Below are positions 13,715-25,700 of a stretch of DNA of 64,000 nt, piece by piece. How positions within the stretch are numbered: position 1 is the stretch's first letter; the number at the start of each line of letters is the position of its first letter. Origin of the DNA: Octopus sinensis. Lineage: Eukaryota. The position numbers and the translations under genes were made by a program. Below the pieces are notes generated by a model. That model saw only the letters and a program-made list of their open reading frames with translations, did no database searches and was not told the DNA's origin. The stretch is from the NCBI RefSeq assembly GCF_006345805.1, contig NC_043010.1, positions 63,240,001 through 63,304,000 on the forward strand. The letters run 5' to 3'.

Positions 13715-14455
13715 CCTTTGTTCACAGCCCCTTATCATTCCTTTGTTCACAGTCCCTTGTTATCCCTTTGTTCACAGCCCTTTGTCATTCCTTTGTTCAC
13801 AATCCCTTGTCATTCCTTTGTTCACAGCCCTTTGTCATTCCTTTGTTCACAGACCTTGTCATTCCTTTGTTCACAGCCCTTTGTCATTCCTTTGTTCACA
13901 GTCCCTTGTCATTCCTTTGTTCACAGTCCCTTGTCATCCCTTTGTTCACAGCCCCTTATCATTCCTTTGTTCACAGTCCTTTGTTATCCCTTTGTTCACA
14001 GCCCCTTATCATTCCTTTGTTCACAGTCCCTTGTTATCCCTTTGTTCACAGCCCTTTGTCATTCCTTTGTTCACAATCCCTTGTCATTCCTTTGTTCACA
14101 GCCCTTTGTCATTCCTTTGTTCACAGACCTTGTCATTCCTTTGTTCACAGACCTTGTCATTCCTTTGTTCACAGTCCCTTGTCACCCCCTTGTTCACAGC
14201 CCTTTGTCATTCCTTTGTTCACAACCCTTTGTCATTCCTTTGTTCACAGTCCCTTGTCATCCCCTTGTTCACAGTCCCTTGTCATTCCTTTGTTCACAGT
14301 CCCTTGTCATCCCCTTGTTCACAGCCCTTTGTCATTCCTTTGTTCACAGTCCCTTGTCATCCCCTTGTTCACAGTCCCTTGTCATTCCTTTGTTCACACC
14401 CCTTTGTCATTCCTTTGTTCACAGTCCTTTGTTCACAGCCCCTTGTCATCCCCTT
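13715..14455. repeat. 25-bp minisatellite, about 30 copies
   Basis: Unit gtcattcctttgttcacagtccctt with few variants and some 23-bp units; no spacers. Confidence 0.95.
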
Positions 14456-14644
14456 CATGAAATCGAACTGCTGTCATCAGCCATCATCACTTCCTGTATC
14501 CTTTTCACTTTTCTTTCTCCAACAGACCCCTTCTATTTGGATCATTTGACCCTGTTTCACTCAACCCATGACCTTCTTTCACATCACATGTCCCAACCAT
14601 CATAATCTTCTCTCTTCCACAATACGGTTGCTTCCATTCCAGTC

Positions 14645-14857
14645 CAGTGGTTCTCAACCGTTTTCCTTAACCTGTGGACTCCTTGCTTATTATTTTACTT
14701 CAGTGGACTCATCCCATTCCCACCCGGCCGTTATTGTTCATCGTTAAGAAACAAAACAGAAACCGTATTGCATATTCATGTGTTGTACAAGTATTTTCAG
14801 TTCATTGCAAGCAAATTTTAACAACAAAATCTTATGGACCCTGGTTGATAACCACTG
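14645..14857. mobile_element. Old hAT (Charlie-like) MITE
   Basis: TIRs cagtggttctcaacc and ggttgataaccactg; TSD not recognisable. Confidence 0.6.
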
Positions 14858-15520
14858 ATTTTACAGTCTTTTCTGCTCACCTCACTTACGCAAGCCATCG
14901 TTATACACCCAGCCAAGCATAAACCCCCACCCGCCCTCTCTGCCTTTGCGTGTCCTCCACATTTAGCCTCCGTGTCCCACTGCCCTACAACATTGCTTTA
15001 ACACATTGTGACCTTACTCTCAACTCTCTCCCTCCCTCTCCCACCCCACAATTCTTACTTTTTACGGTTTCTTATTCTTTGATGTGTCTCGTCACTGTTA
15101 CATGCTATTATTGTTTGATGTCTATTATCTATCTTACCTATTTATACATTTTATCTGGTTTACATTGTAAGCTTTTCAATGTTAACAACAAATAAAACTA
15201 CAGTTACAACTATACTATAACCTGTTTATGGCTGTCTTATAATATATTTACAATTATTATAGTATATTTATAACTATTTTACAGCCTATTTGTAGCTTTA
15301 TTACAATATATTTATAACTAATTTATTAGTCTCTTACGAAATATTTATAACAATTATACACATAATGGTATTATAATGTATTTATTATTAAAATAACCTT
15401 TATAACTATAATATGTTTATAGCTATATTACAATATATTTTTAACTATATTATAATAAATTATTTTCTGATTCCCATAGACAGAGAAAAGTTCCAAATAT
15501 AACTTGTTTAATGTGTATTT

Positions 15521-15535
15521 ATTTTTAAATTTCAG
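15521..15535 (+). promoter_or_regulatory. 3' splice acceptor of the ZNF-A coding exon
   Basis: tatttatttttaaatttcag|GTCC after a long AT-rich tract; the exon would start at 15536, 114 nt before the ATG. Confidence 0.65.
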
Positions 15536-15649
15536 GTCCATGCTTGCGGTTAAGTTCCAGGAGATTCTGTTAAGGTGTTAGCTGCTGCTTCTACTGTATT
15601 TTAGTTCAGCACAGGCCAGCTGTCAAGCTAGCCGACTTAGTTGGCCAAA

Positions 15650-16678
15650 ATGGAACGGTCAGCCAGCGTACCGTTCCATTACGACATGTACGGGATGCCC
15701 TTTCACCCGGCGCATACCCTACATGCTCCGAGGATGACTCACATTGCCGACAAGTCCATTCATAACACAATCTCTTCAGCCGGGAAGCACTTTCCTCACA
15801 GCAGTGACCATGGCCTCGACACTCAGCGCATGATTCCTATGCAGGATAAAGGCAATCACAGCAATATTTCTGGCAAACACCTCCACCATCGACACTCCTC
15901 ATCGTCGTCGTCATCACATTCCCACAGTTCTCAGAGAATGTCCCATGCAATAGAAAAATCTATGCACCATTCAAGCAGCTCAGGCAAGCAGTTCCCACAT
16001 GACCACACTCTCGATTCACAAAGAATGCTACATGGTATTGAAAAGTCCAGCCAAAATAGCAGCAGCAGCTCTGGCAAGCATTATTCCCATGAACATAACA
16101 TGCAGTCAAGCCAAAGAATCTCACATGAGAAAACAACCCATTCTTCATCAATTTCTGGGAAACAATTTCTGCCAAGTAGCTGCCAAGAAGTTCCAAGGAT
16201 GTCGCATGTTCCAGAGAAAAACATTCACAACAGCATCTCCAGTAAACAGATCTCTTCCCACAGACATAACTTGGAGAAGGAGAGAATAGCCTCACCAGTT
16301 GACAAACCAGACAACAACAGCAACAGCGACCTGTCTGGGAGCCAGTTCTCTCATGAGTCGACTATCGAGAGCCAGAGGCTGCCACTGCCCTATATTGGTC
16401 AGACAGTGTTTCCTGGTAACAATATGTACAGCAGCCAGTATTCTCAGCCATGTTACTTACCGACCACTGACAGAATGCAGTCAAGCTTGGAGGGCGGACA
16501 ATCATCCAAGGAGAGTTCTTCTCAAAAGAGCTCCACTTCTAGTATTGATAAATCATTCCATGGTGATGTGTCTCAAAAACAATACGGCCCGAACAAACTC
16601 TCGCAGAGCTCCATAAAACAACATCAACATCAGCCACATCAACAACAGCCACAGCAACCACCACAACAACAGCAACAA

Positions 16679-16709
<31 letters not shown>

Positions 16710-18436
16710 AACAACATCCTCCACCCCTCAAACAGCTCTTCTGCGATTACTGCGGCAAGAAGTTTGCTCAGGAATATTTGATGCACATGCACCGAAGGAA
16801 ACATACAGGAGAGAAACCGTTCCAGTGCGACATCTGCAACAAACAGTTCTCTCGCAAAGACGTGATGCAGCGACATAAAAAGAATCACACGGATAAAATC
16901 GATCAACCAATGAAAAGCAATGAAAACCATTACCAGTCGATGCCAGTCAATGTTCAAAGAAATGAAATTCAGAATCATGGAAAATTCCAACATCAGAATA
17001 TTTCTCCAAGTTACCAAAGACCACCAACTAATACACAGAAATATCCATCGCAATCTCAGCAGCCCATCTCACAACCTCAGTATCAGATGCAAAAAAACAT
17101 GGGCAGCAATTATCAAGGAATGCCACCAGATATTCCCAGGTTTGAAGAACTACATAACGTTTCTATGAAAAAATCTTATTACTGTGACATATGTCAGAAA
17201 CAGTTTGCTCAGCGCTATTATTTGGCCATTCATAAACGGTCTCACACTGGCGAGAAACCATTCCAGTGTGATTTTTGTATTCAGAAATTTGCCCGCAAAG
17301 ATACATTAAAGATCCACCGTAGAACACACACAGGCGAGACACCTTATCAATGCAATGTTTGTCTTGAAAAATTCTCTCAAAGAATTAAGTTGCAAATTCA
17401 TCAGAAACAGCACATTAGTAAGAAACGGTACCAATGTGATATTTGTCTGAGACATTTCGCACAGCGTTACTACCTGCGAATACATCGCAGGACTCATACC
17501 GGGGAACAGCCTAATCAGTGTGAAGTCTGTCTAAAACAATTTGTACAGAAATACCACCTGGAGATCCACAAGCGGATCCATACTGGGGAGAAACTGTTCC
17601 AATGTGATGTCTGTCTGAAACAGTTCACTCAAAAATACTACCTGGCCATTCATAAGCGAACCCACACGGGAGAGAAACCATTCCAGTGTGACTTTTGCAT
17701 CCAGAAATTTGCTCGCAAAACGACCCTTCAAATTCACCGGAGAACCCATACAGGGGAAAAGCCCTTTAAATGTGAAGTTTGCCTCAAGCAATTTTCCCAA
17801 AGTAGCAAACTAAGAGTTCATCAAAGGACCCACGGACCGAAACGACGCTACCAATGTGATGTTTGTATGAAACTGTTTGCGCAGCGACATTATCTTCAGA
17901 TCCACCAGAGATCCCACACCGGCGAGAAACCGTTCCAGTGTGAGATTTGCTTCAAACAGTTTGCTCAGAGAAACACATTACAGATACACAAGCGAACGCA
18001 CACAGGAGAGAAACCATTCCAGTGTGAAGTCTGCCTCAAGAACTTTGCCCACAAACACTACCTGCAATTGCATAAACGGACCCACACCGGGGAAAAGCCG
18101 TTCCAGTGTGACTTCTGCTTCAAGCAATTCGCACAGAGGAATTCTTTGCAGATGCATCGCAGAACGCATACGGGTGAGAAACCCTTTCAGTGTGAAGTGT
18201 GTTTGAAGGCATTCGCTCAGAGACACTACCTACGACTGCACAAACGAACCCATACAGGGGAGAAGGCCTTCCACTGTGACTTGTGCCCTAAACACTTTGC
18301 TAGGAGCGACACACTACATCGCCACAAGAAGACCCACAACAAGACTGCCAGTAAACCTCCAAAGACTTCTTCGAATTCCATCAACAAAACGGTTGAAGAA
18401 TTTCCTCCTATGAGTACTTATTTGTGGCAACTGTGA
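15650..18436 (+). CDS. C2H2 zinc-finger protein ZNF-A (about 928 aa): Ser/His-rich repeat N-terminus, polyQ, 2 + 14 C2H2 fingers
   Basis: Uninterrupted ORF. The first in-frame ATG is 15650 (aaaATGg), with an in-frame TAG at 15638. Sixteen C-x2-C-x12-H-x3-H fingers with TGEKP-type linkers; first Cys at 16742, 16826, then every 84 nt from 17183 to 18275. Confidence 0.95.
16664..16714 (+). repeat. Coding (CAA/CAG)17 polyglutamine tract
   Basis: 17 consecutive Gln codons, mostly CAA, directly before finger 1. Confidence 0.95.
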
Positions 18437-19604
18437 TCTGACAGAGGGAGACTGTTGTAATGTTTTTAGTTAAATGATAACTAAAATATTGTGTATTGCA
18501 GTGAATACATACATGTATACATATATACCTACATATGTGTGCACGCATCATATATATATATCTATATATATTATATAAATATAGATATACATATATATAT
18601 ACATGTATATATACATGCGCACATACATACATGCATGTGTGTCATGGAATATACATATGTATATACATTATATGTCATGTATATACATATGTATATATAC
18701 AGGCACCCAATTAAGATTATATTTCAAGACAGACAATGACACAGTGTATTATTATTATTATTATTATTATTATTGTTATTATCAACATCATCATCATTTT
18801 TATTATTATTATTATTATTATTATTTCATTACATCTTCACAAATCACATCATAAAACATTTGGAAAACGTAGAGAGAGCATTTTTGCTGAATCATCCATC
18901 CTAGAAAGTTTTCTTATATTTTTCATATCATTTTTTCTTCTTTTTTTGACAGTTTTCTTTTTCTCAACCCTTTCTTGTTCTCCCCCCAACCCCTGATCTT
19001 CAAGGAGTCATACAGTACCAATTTGTCTTGGTGTCATTGGATAGACTTAGTTGAATCTACTTTGGAAAATTCTTTATTTCTCTTGTACCTTCTCCTCCAA
19101 CTAAAAAACATTACTAATCGTGGCTTGACCGATGCCAAACTCACCAGAAACTTTTCCAAACATTTTCATTCATAATTGACTTATGGCCAGACGTTCCAAA
19201 ACTGATGCTAAACAATCCACATCCTTAAAAGAGCCAACTTCATGTACGGTGGGTAAAAACAATAAAAATGGAAGATAAAAAATAAAAACAAAACTGGTGG
19301 CTCTTGGAAGGGCAGATAACCCATGTTTAGACAATAAAGACTTTGATTGACTCATGCAAAAAAAAAAAAAAAGACGGCTGATACACAATTGCTGTATATT
19401 CGCATTGTAGACCATCAGAGTGTGCATACGAAATATGTTGCACTTGGGTCTAGTTTGTATACTGTATATACAGCCATTGTTTGCATAAAAGTTTGTAGTT
19501 TTAAAGAACCAGATTTCATTGGAAAAACAAACGCTGCTTGCTGATTGCAGAAAAAGTCATTGCTGAAGGCTAAGTGAGATTTCATTCATTTTATTTAATA
19601 CGTT

Positions 19605-19711
19605 AATAAAAAGTCAGAGATGATGCAATGGGACAAAATAAGGGGAATCTTTAAATATTTATATCATGCAGCATTCTTTGTGAGTCTGTGTTATATAAAT
19701 AAAGAAATAAA
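19605..19711 (+). promoter_or_regulatory. Candidate polyadenylation signals of ZNF-A
   Basis: AATAAA at 19605, 19698 and 19706, followed by T/GT-rich sequence and then a SINE; implies a 3' UTR of about 1.2-1.3 kb. Confidence 0.45.
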
Positions 19712-21829
19712 TATTATATGTGTAGCAATCAATTTCGTTGTTTCTTATATTTTTTTTTAAGCTACAAGTATCGAAAATAATCAGACCAGTTTAAAACCTT
19801 TTTGTCTTTCCGATTCTACTTTCATTTTCAAATTGTCTTTTACATCTACAATGTGTGGTGATTGCATGCTTTAAAATGATTGTTTCTTGATTAGGTACAA
19901 GGTGCAGGCGTGGCTGTGTGGTAAGAAGCTTATTTCCCAACCATATGGTTCCGGGTTCAGTCCCACTGCATGGCACCTCAGGCAAATATCTTCTACTATA
20001 GTCTCAGACCAACCAAAGCCTTTGGGTGTATTTGATAGACGGCAATTGAAAGGAGCTTGTGGTATTTGGTGTGTGTTTGTGTTTGTTCCCCTCCAACACC
20101 TTACAACTGGTGTTGCTGTGTTTACATCCCCATAGCTTAGCAGACTAAGAGAATAAGCACCAAAATCAATATACTTGACTAAAAAACTAAAAGTTCTTCA
20201 AGGCAGTGCCCCAGCATGGCCACAGTCTAACGGCACAAACAAGTAAAAGATAAAGGTTAGAAATTTTTGGTAAGGATTAAACTGCAGACCGTGGTTGAAG
20301 CCAATGGTGATTTTATTGAATAAATTTAGCCTTTAGTATTTCAAGATATTTTTATGTAATTTTGGTAAATATATCTGTTAAAATGAGATGTCAGGGTTAT
20401 TTTCCTTTTTGCGTAATTTAGACAACAGTTTATTCACTGCACCCTGTATATATATAAAATGTTTTCTGTGTATATATGCTTGTGCATATATATATATATA
20501 TATTATATATATATATATGTGTGTGTGTATATATTTATACATACATATGTATATATATATACATATATAATATAATATTTTTTGGGTATACATGTCTGTG
20601 TGTATATGTGTGTGTGTGCGCGCGCACGACTGAGCACCCTACCCTTATTCCGACACCACTTTTCTCACTTGTTAGCCATTCCTTATCCATTAATATTGTT
20701 CACCACACCCACATGTCACAATGGCCTTCCCCCTCCCTGGGCCACCAAATTATCCAACTCATGCATTATCTCTGTTTTATCTCTCTGCTCTGCCCCTGCA
20801 GCTTATCCAAACATGTCATATCTCTCCCTTTTTTTTCTCTTCTTCCCAGGCAATTGGCATCGTTACTACCAAACTGCTTGTATCCCTCAGCCTCCCCAAC
20901 TCATACACCTCCTCCCTTCAATCCCTACAGACATTGCCCACCTCCCTCTTCCACTTCCCCTATCTCTTCTCTCACAGACTCTCTCGCAACCTCCCCACCA
21001 GGGCCTTGTTTTCGAGGTGCCATCTGGACAACTCATCATCACTCTCATTCTCTCCCCTAAATATAAGCACCAAGGAGCTCCTCTACAACAAGAGCCTGTT
21101 CTATCCTACCACTTCCCTCATCTCTTTAACCCCCATCTAGTATACAGAGGCAACGTGCTCCATCCCCGGGTCTCTTGACTTGAGAGCTCTATGGTGAGTT
21201 CAGTTGGCATCCAGCACACATTATAAAGTGGTTGGTGTTAGGCAGGACATCCAACCAGAGAAACCATGCCAAAGCTCACACTGGAGTACGATGCAGCCCT
21301 TAACCCATTGGATCCTTGTCAAACTGTCTGACCCATGCCAGCATGGAATAAGGACCTTAAATGAGGATGATGAAACTGCCAATCACCTGATTAGCTACCA
21401 ATGTCAAGGCACAGGAATGGCTGTGTGGTAAGTAGCTTGCTTACCAACCACATGGTTCAGGGTTCAGTCCCACTGCATGGCACCTTGGGCAAGTGTTTTC
21501 TACTATAGCCTCAGGCCAACCAAAGCCTTGTGAGTGAATTTGGTAGACGGAAACTGAAAGAAGCCCATGGTATATATGTATATATATGTGTGTGTGTGTG
21601 TGTGTGTATATGTTTGTATGTCTGTTTGTCTCCCCCAACATCACTTGACAACTGATGCTGGTGTGTTTACGTCTCCCATAACTTAGCGGTTCGGCAAAAG
21701 TACTAGGCTTACAAAGAATAAGTCCTGGGGTTGATTTGCTCGACTAAAGGCAGTGCTCCAGCATGGCCACAGTCAAATGACTGAAACAAGTAAAAGAGAC
21801 ACAAAAGCCAGATAGACTTCGTTCATTCA

Positions 21830-23400
21830 TTCTCACCAGACAACAGAATAAACGAATGCTAATGAATGATGGTTATGAATGAATTCTTTCCCCAGTGAAA
21901 AATGTACAACCTGACATGTGTTGGTGAATGCTGATTTTGAATAACAGCCAGATGGAAACAGAAGCTTGAGACAGCTTGAAGAAGGAAGATATATAATAAG
22001 CTTAAAGTGCCATCAAGCAGTCAGAAGTTCAAGGAAGCACTGTGAGTTTCAAAGTAGTGTTTTGAAGCATTTGATGGATACTTTAAGAGCAAAAACTGGG
22101 AGTTTATGAATGTCACAGACACAATATAGCATGACCAAAGAAAACGTCTAATAATTAAATGACTGGTATTCTAAGCAAGGAGAGAAGAAGAATGAACGAA
22201 ATTTGCAAGTGTTCTACGGCTTGAGGTGTTTAGATTAGCAAAGAAGGAAAATTGGGATGTCATTGGGGAGAAGTTTATATGGGGCCACTAGAATGCACTT
22301 GGTTTCTTTGATGCTGAAAAGAAAGGGGCCTGGAAAGTTAGTCTGATATGTTACTGAATGTGGAGGATCATGGGAGAGAGAGATATAGAGGGACCAGCAA
22401 TTCAAGTTGAGAGCAATATGGTAGATGGGGGGTGGCATGGGATTCAGGATATGAAGGTGGGGAAAGCAGAACTTGGCCCTTTGGAAATAGTTGCTGGGAT
22501 GCTTAAAATATCTGGTAAAGTAGGATAAAGATCAAATGGTTCTGGGTTCAATCCCACTGCATGGCACTTTGGGCAAGTGTCTTCTACTAGAGCCTCAGTC
22601 ATATGCATTATTATTATTGGAAAGAATTCAAAGTCTTACAGCTGTTTCTTGGATGTCCAAAGTATGAGATATTCCATCATCAGAGACAAATAGGGAAAAT
22701 TAGAAAGGTAGACAAATGAGGAAAATTAGAAAGGTATATACATGCATGAAGGTGTCACATAACCAATGACTGACACAGCAGGATTTGTAAACTGCTACAA
22801 AGACAAAGGAAATGCACTGCAGGGAGGAAAGTAGAGAAGCATCATCGAAATGATGGACCAGGTTATGAAAGTTACTGAAAAAGTTATTGCAAAATTGATT
22901 AGGAACAGAATTAGATCAGACGAGCTGTAGTTTGACTTTGAACTCGGAAGAGGCACCACAAATACCACCTTCCAAGTGAGACAGCTACAAGAAAAATCCT
23001 TATCTAAAACCAGCATTTGGATGCATGGAAAAGGCTTTTGACTGGATCCATCACTCTATCGTTTATTGGGTTCTAAAGAAGCTAAGGTAGATGAATGGCT
23101 TGTGAGGGCCATAGGCCAAACATGCTGTGTACAGAGATGCAGTCAACAAAATGAGTACAGTGATGAATTTTCAGTTTACTCCTGTTTAAAAATGTGGTTA
23201 AGACTGGTTGTCCATAGGAACTTCTGTATGCTGGTGACCTTGTTTTTATAGCAGAATCTGTGAAAGATTTGAAGAAATTTCAAACTTGAATGCAAAACCT
23301 GGAACTGAAGAGCCTTGAAATAAACTCAATCAAGACTAAAGTTATGGTAAGTAGAAAAGAAAATGGGTATTTCAGACAGGCAGCAGAGATAGACTTTGTA
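21830..23400 (+). pseudogene. Degenerate RTE-clade LINE (pre-RT and RT domain), interrupted by a SINE fragment and a hammerhead element
   Basis: Translates to IQDMKVGKA..IVAGMLKISGKVG and MDQVMKVTEKVIAKLIRNRI..FDFELGRGTTNTTFQVRQLQEK..MEKAFDWI..VDEWLVRAI, matching RT motifs QFGF..GRSTTDAIF.VRQLQEK and DLEKAFD. Many stops and frameshifts. Confidence 0.85.
22633..22687 (-). ncRNA. Minimal type I hammerhead-like motif (family 2), solo copy
   Basis: Reverse strand: GTCT-CTGATGA-TGGA..TCCA-A-GAAAC-AGCT-GTA-AGAC; the element 22597-22740 is homologous to 26999-27120 and 27113-27256. Confidence 0.6.
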
Positions 23401-24264
23401 TGTGACTGATGCATAGCAATACAAAGAGTAGCTGTGAAATAAACTCCTTCAGCTACTCAGAGTATTTCCTAGAAGTAATCAATAATATTTGATATCTGGC
23501 TGTGTTGTGAGAAGATTGCTTCCTGATCACATGGTTCTGGGTTTAATTCCACTGTGTGGAACCTTGGGCAAATGTATTCTTTTATAGCCCCTGGCTGACC
23601 AAAGCCTTGTGAGTGGATTTGAAAGAAGCCCATCGCATGTGTCTGTTTGTCCCCTATCACTGCTTAACAACTGGTTTTAGTGAGTTTAGTTCTCTGTAAC
23701 TTAGTGGTTCAGCAAAAGAGACTGTTAGAATAAGTACCGGGCTTTAAAAAAAAATGAAACAAATACAGGGGTCAATTTGTTTAAGTAAACCCTTCAAGGA
23801 AGCGTTCCAGCATGGCCACAGTCTAATGACTGAAACAAGTAACAAACCAAACATTTGAGGCCATAAACTATGTCCTGTCGTCCATGCCGTAACAACTGCC
23901 ATTTTGATCTTAAATTAATTAATGTCTGCTAGGATAATAATGTTGTTTATAAAAGCAGAATGATGACATTAATTGCATGAAATCAACCAAAATATTGCTG
24001 AAAGACATCTGGAAAATTTGTCTCATCTTCCATCTCTTTGCTCAAGGACACAAGTGTTATTGTGTATTGAACTCATGACCTTCCAGTCATGAGCCAACCA
24101 CCCTAACCATTTGGCCACATGCCTCCACCACCTCACTTGGAAACAGGTGGGGAATGGTGACAAGAAAAGCATCCAGTCTCAAAGAATCTCATCTGATGCA
24201 TGCAAGCATGGAAAAACAGGTGTTCCATAACAGTTATGAGGATATAAGAATGGGTTTCCACGAG

Positions 24265-24640
24265 GGGGCAAGATGGCAGAATTCTTAGCATGTTGGGTGA
24301 AATGCTTAGTGGTATTTCGTCTGTCTTTTACGTTCTGAGTTCAAATTCCGCTGAGGTCAACTTTGCCTTTTCATCCTTTCAGGGTCAATTAAATAAGTAC
24401 CAGTTACGCACTGGGGTAGATGTAATCAACTTAATCTGTTTGTCTGTCTTTGTTTGTCCCCTCTGTGTTTAGTCCCTTGTGGGTAGTAAAGAAACAGGTA
24501 TTTTGTCTGTCTTTATGTTCTGTGTTCAAATTCTGCCGAGGTTGACTTTGCCTTTCATCTTTTCGAGGTCAATAAAATAAGTACTATTTGAACACTGGGG
24601 TCAGTGTAATTGACTGACCCTTCTCCCAAAATAGACGGCT
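24265..24640 (+). mobile_element. SINE family A, head-to-tail dimer
   Basis: Head ggcaagatggcagaattcttagca..gagttcaaattcc; the second unit restarts at gtattttgtctg (24498) right after the tail gtagtaaagaaacag. Confidence 0.8.
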
Positions 24641-25171
24641 CTGTGCCAAAACTTGAAATGAATATTGGGATTCCACACAGTTTCTGTTGACAAAATTTCA
24701 TTTACTTGGCACTGGTCAAGCAACTGCTACTGTAAAACAATTTTCCAAGGTGCTGTGCAATGGTATTGAACCAGAAATGGCCTGGTTGTGTAAAGATCCT
24801 GTTAACTACACAACCATACCAGTATCTTAGACATTTTATAAAATTCTTACAATGGTGGTTCTACCTTTTCTCTTATCTCGCTCTCTCTTTCTCTCTCACT
24901 TACTCATCTTCTCTCTCCCTCTCTCTTTCCATTCTTTCTCCCTCCCTTTCTTTCCCCTCTTTCGACCCTCTCTCTCCCCTTCTTACTACACTTTCTAATT
25001 TCTCCTCCTCTCCCTTGCTCGTCTTCCAAACTTTTACCATTCTTTTCCCTTATCATCTTCCTCCATTTTTAATTTTCTCATACCCTTCTCCCCTATTTCT
25101 ATCTTCCTTTCCGTCTATCTGTTTATCTATCTAGTTGTCTATCTGACCATCTATTTATATATCAAACCTTC

Positions 25172-25195
25172 TCTATCTATCTATCTATCTATCTA

Positions 25196-25251
<56 letters not shown>

Positions 25252-25700
25252 CCTACCTACCTACATGTATTGTCTGTGTGTCTGTCTATCTATCTATCTA
25301 CCTACCAACCTACCTACCAACCTACCAACCTACCAACCTACCTACCTACCAACCTACCTACCTACCTACCTATCTACCTACCAACCTACCTACCAACCTA
25401 CCAACCTACCTACCTACCTATCTACCTACCTACCAACCTACCTACCTACCAATCTACCAACCTACCTACCTACCTACCTACCTACCTACCTACCTACCTA
25501 CCTACCTACCTACCTACCTACCTACCTACCTACCTATCTACCTACCTACCTACCTACCTACCTATCTACCTATCTATCTATCTATCTATCATCTCTCTCT
25601 TTCTCCATCTATCTATCTATCTATCTATCTATCTCTCTCTTTCTCTCTCTCTTAATCTATCTATCTATCTATCTATCTCTATCTCTATCTACCTATCAAT
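25172..25700. repeat. (TATC)/(TGTC)/(CTAC)/(CCAA) tetranucleotide mosaic
   Basis: Directly visible; source of the PTYL-repeat ORFs. Confidence 0.95.

Noticed and set aside
13499-14605. Three long overlapping ORFs (368, 268 and 230 aa), or a CRISPR-like array
   Set aside because: All three frames read the same 25-bp tandem repeat, which has no unique spacers and no cas genes nearby.
15641-15649. TTG start given by the ORF track for ZNF-A
   Set aside because: Eukaryotic gene; an ATG in good context follows three codons later at 15650.
15960-18226. Alternative-frame and antisense ORFs over ZNF-A (also 54009-55181 over ZNF-B)
   Set aside because: Short shadow ORFs of the real CDS with no independent features.
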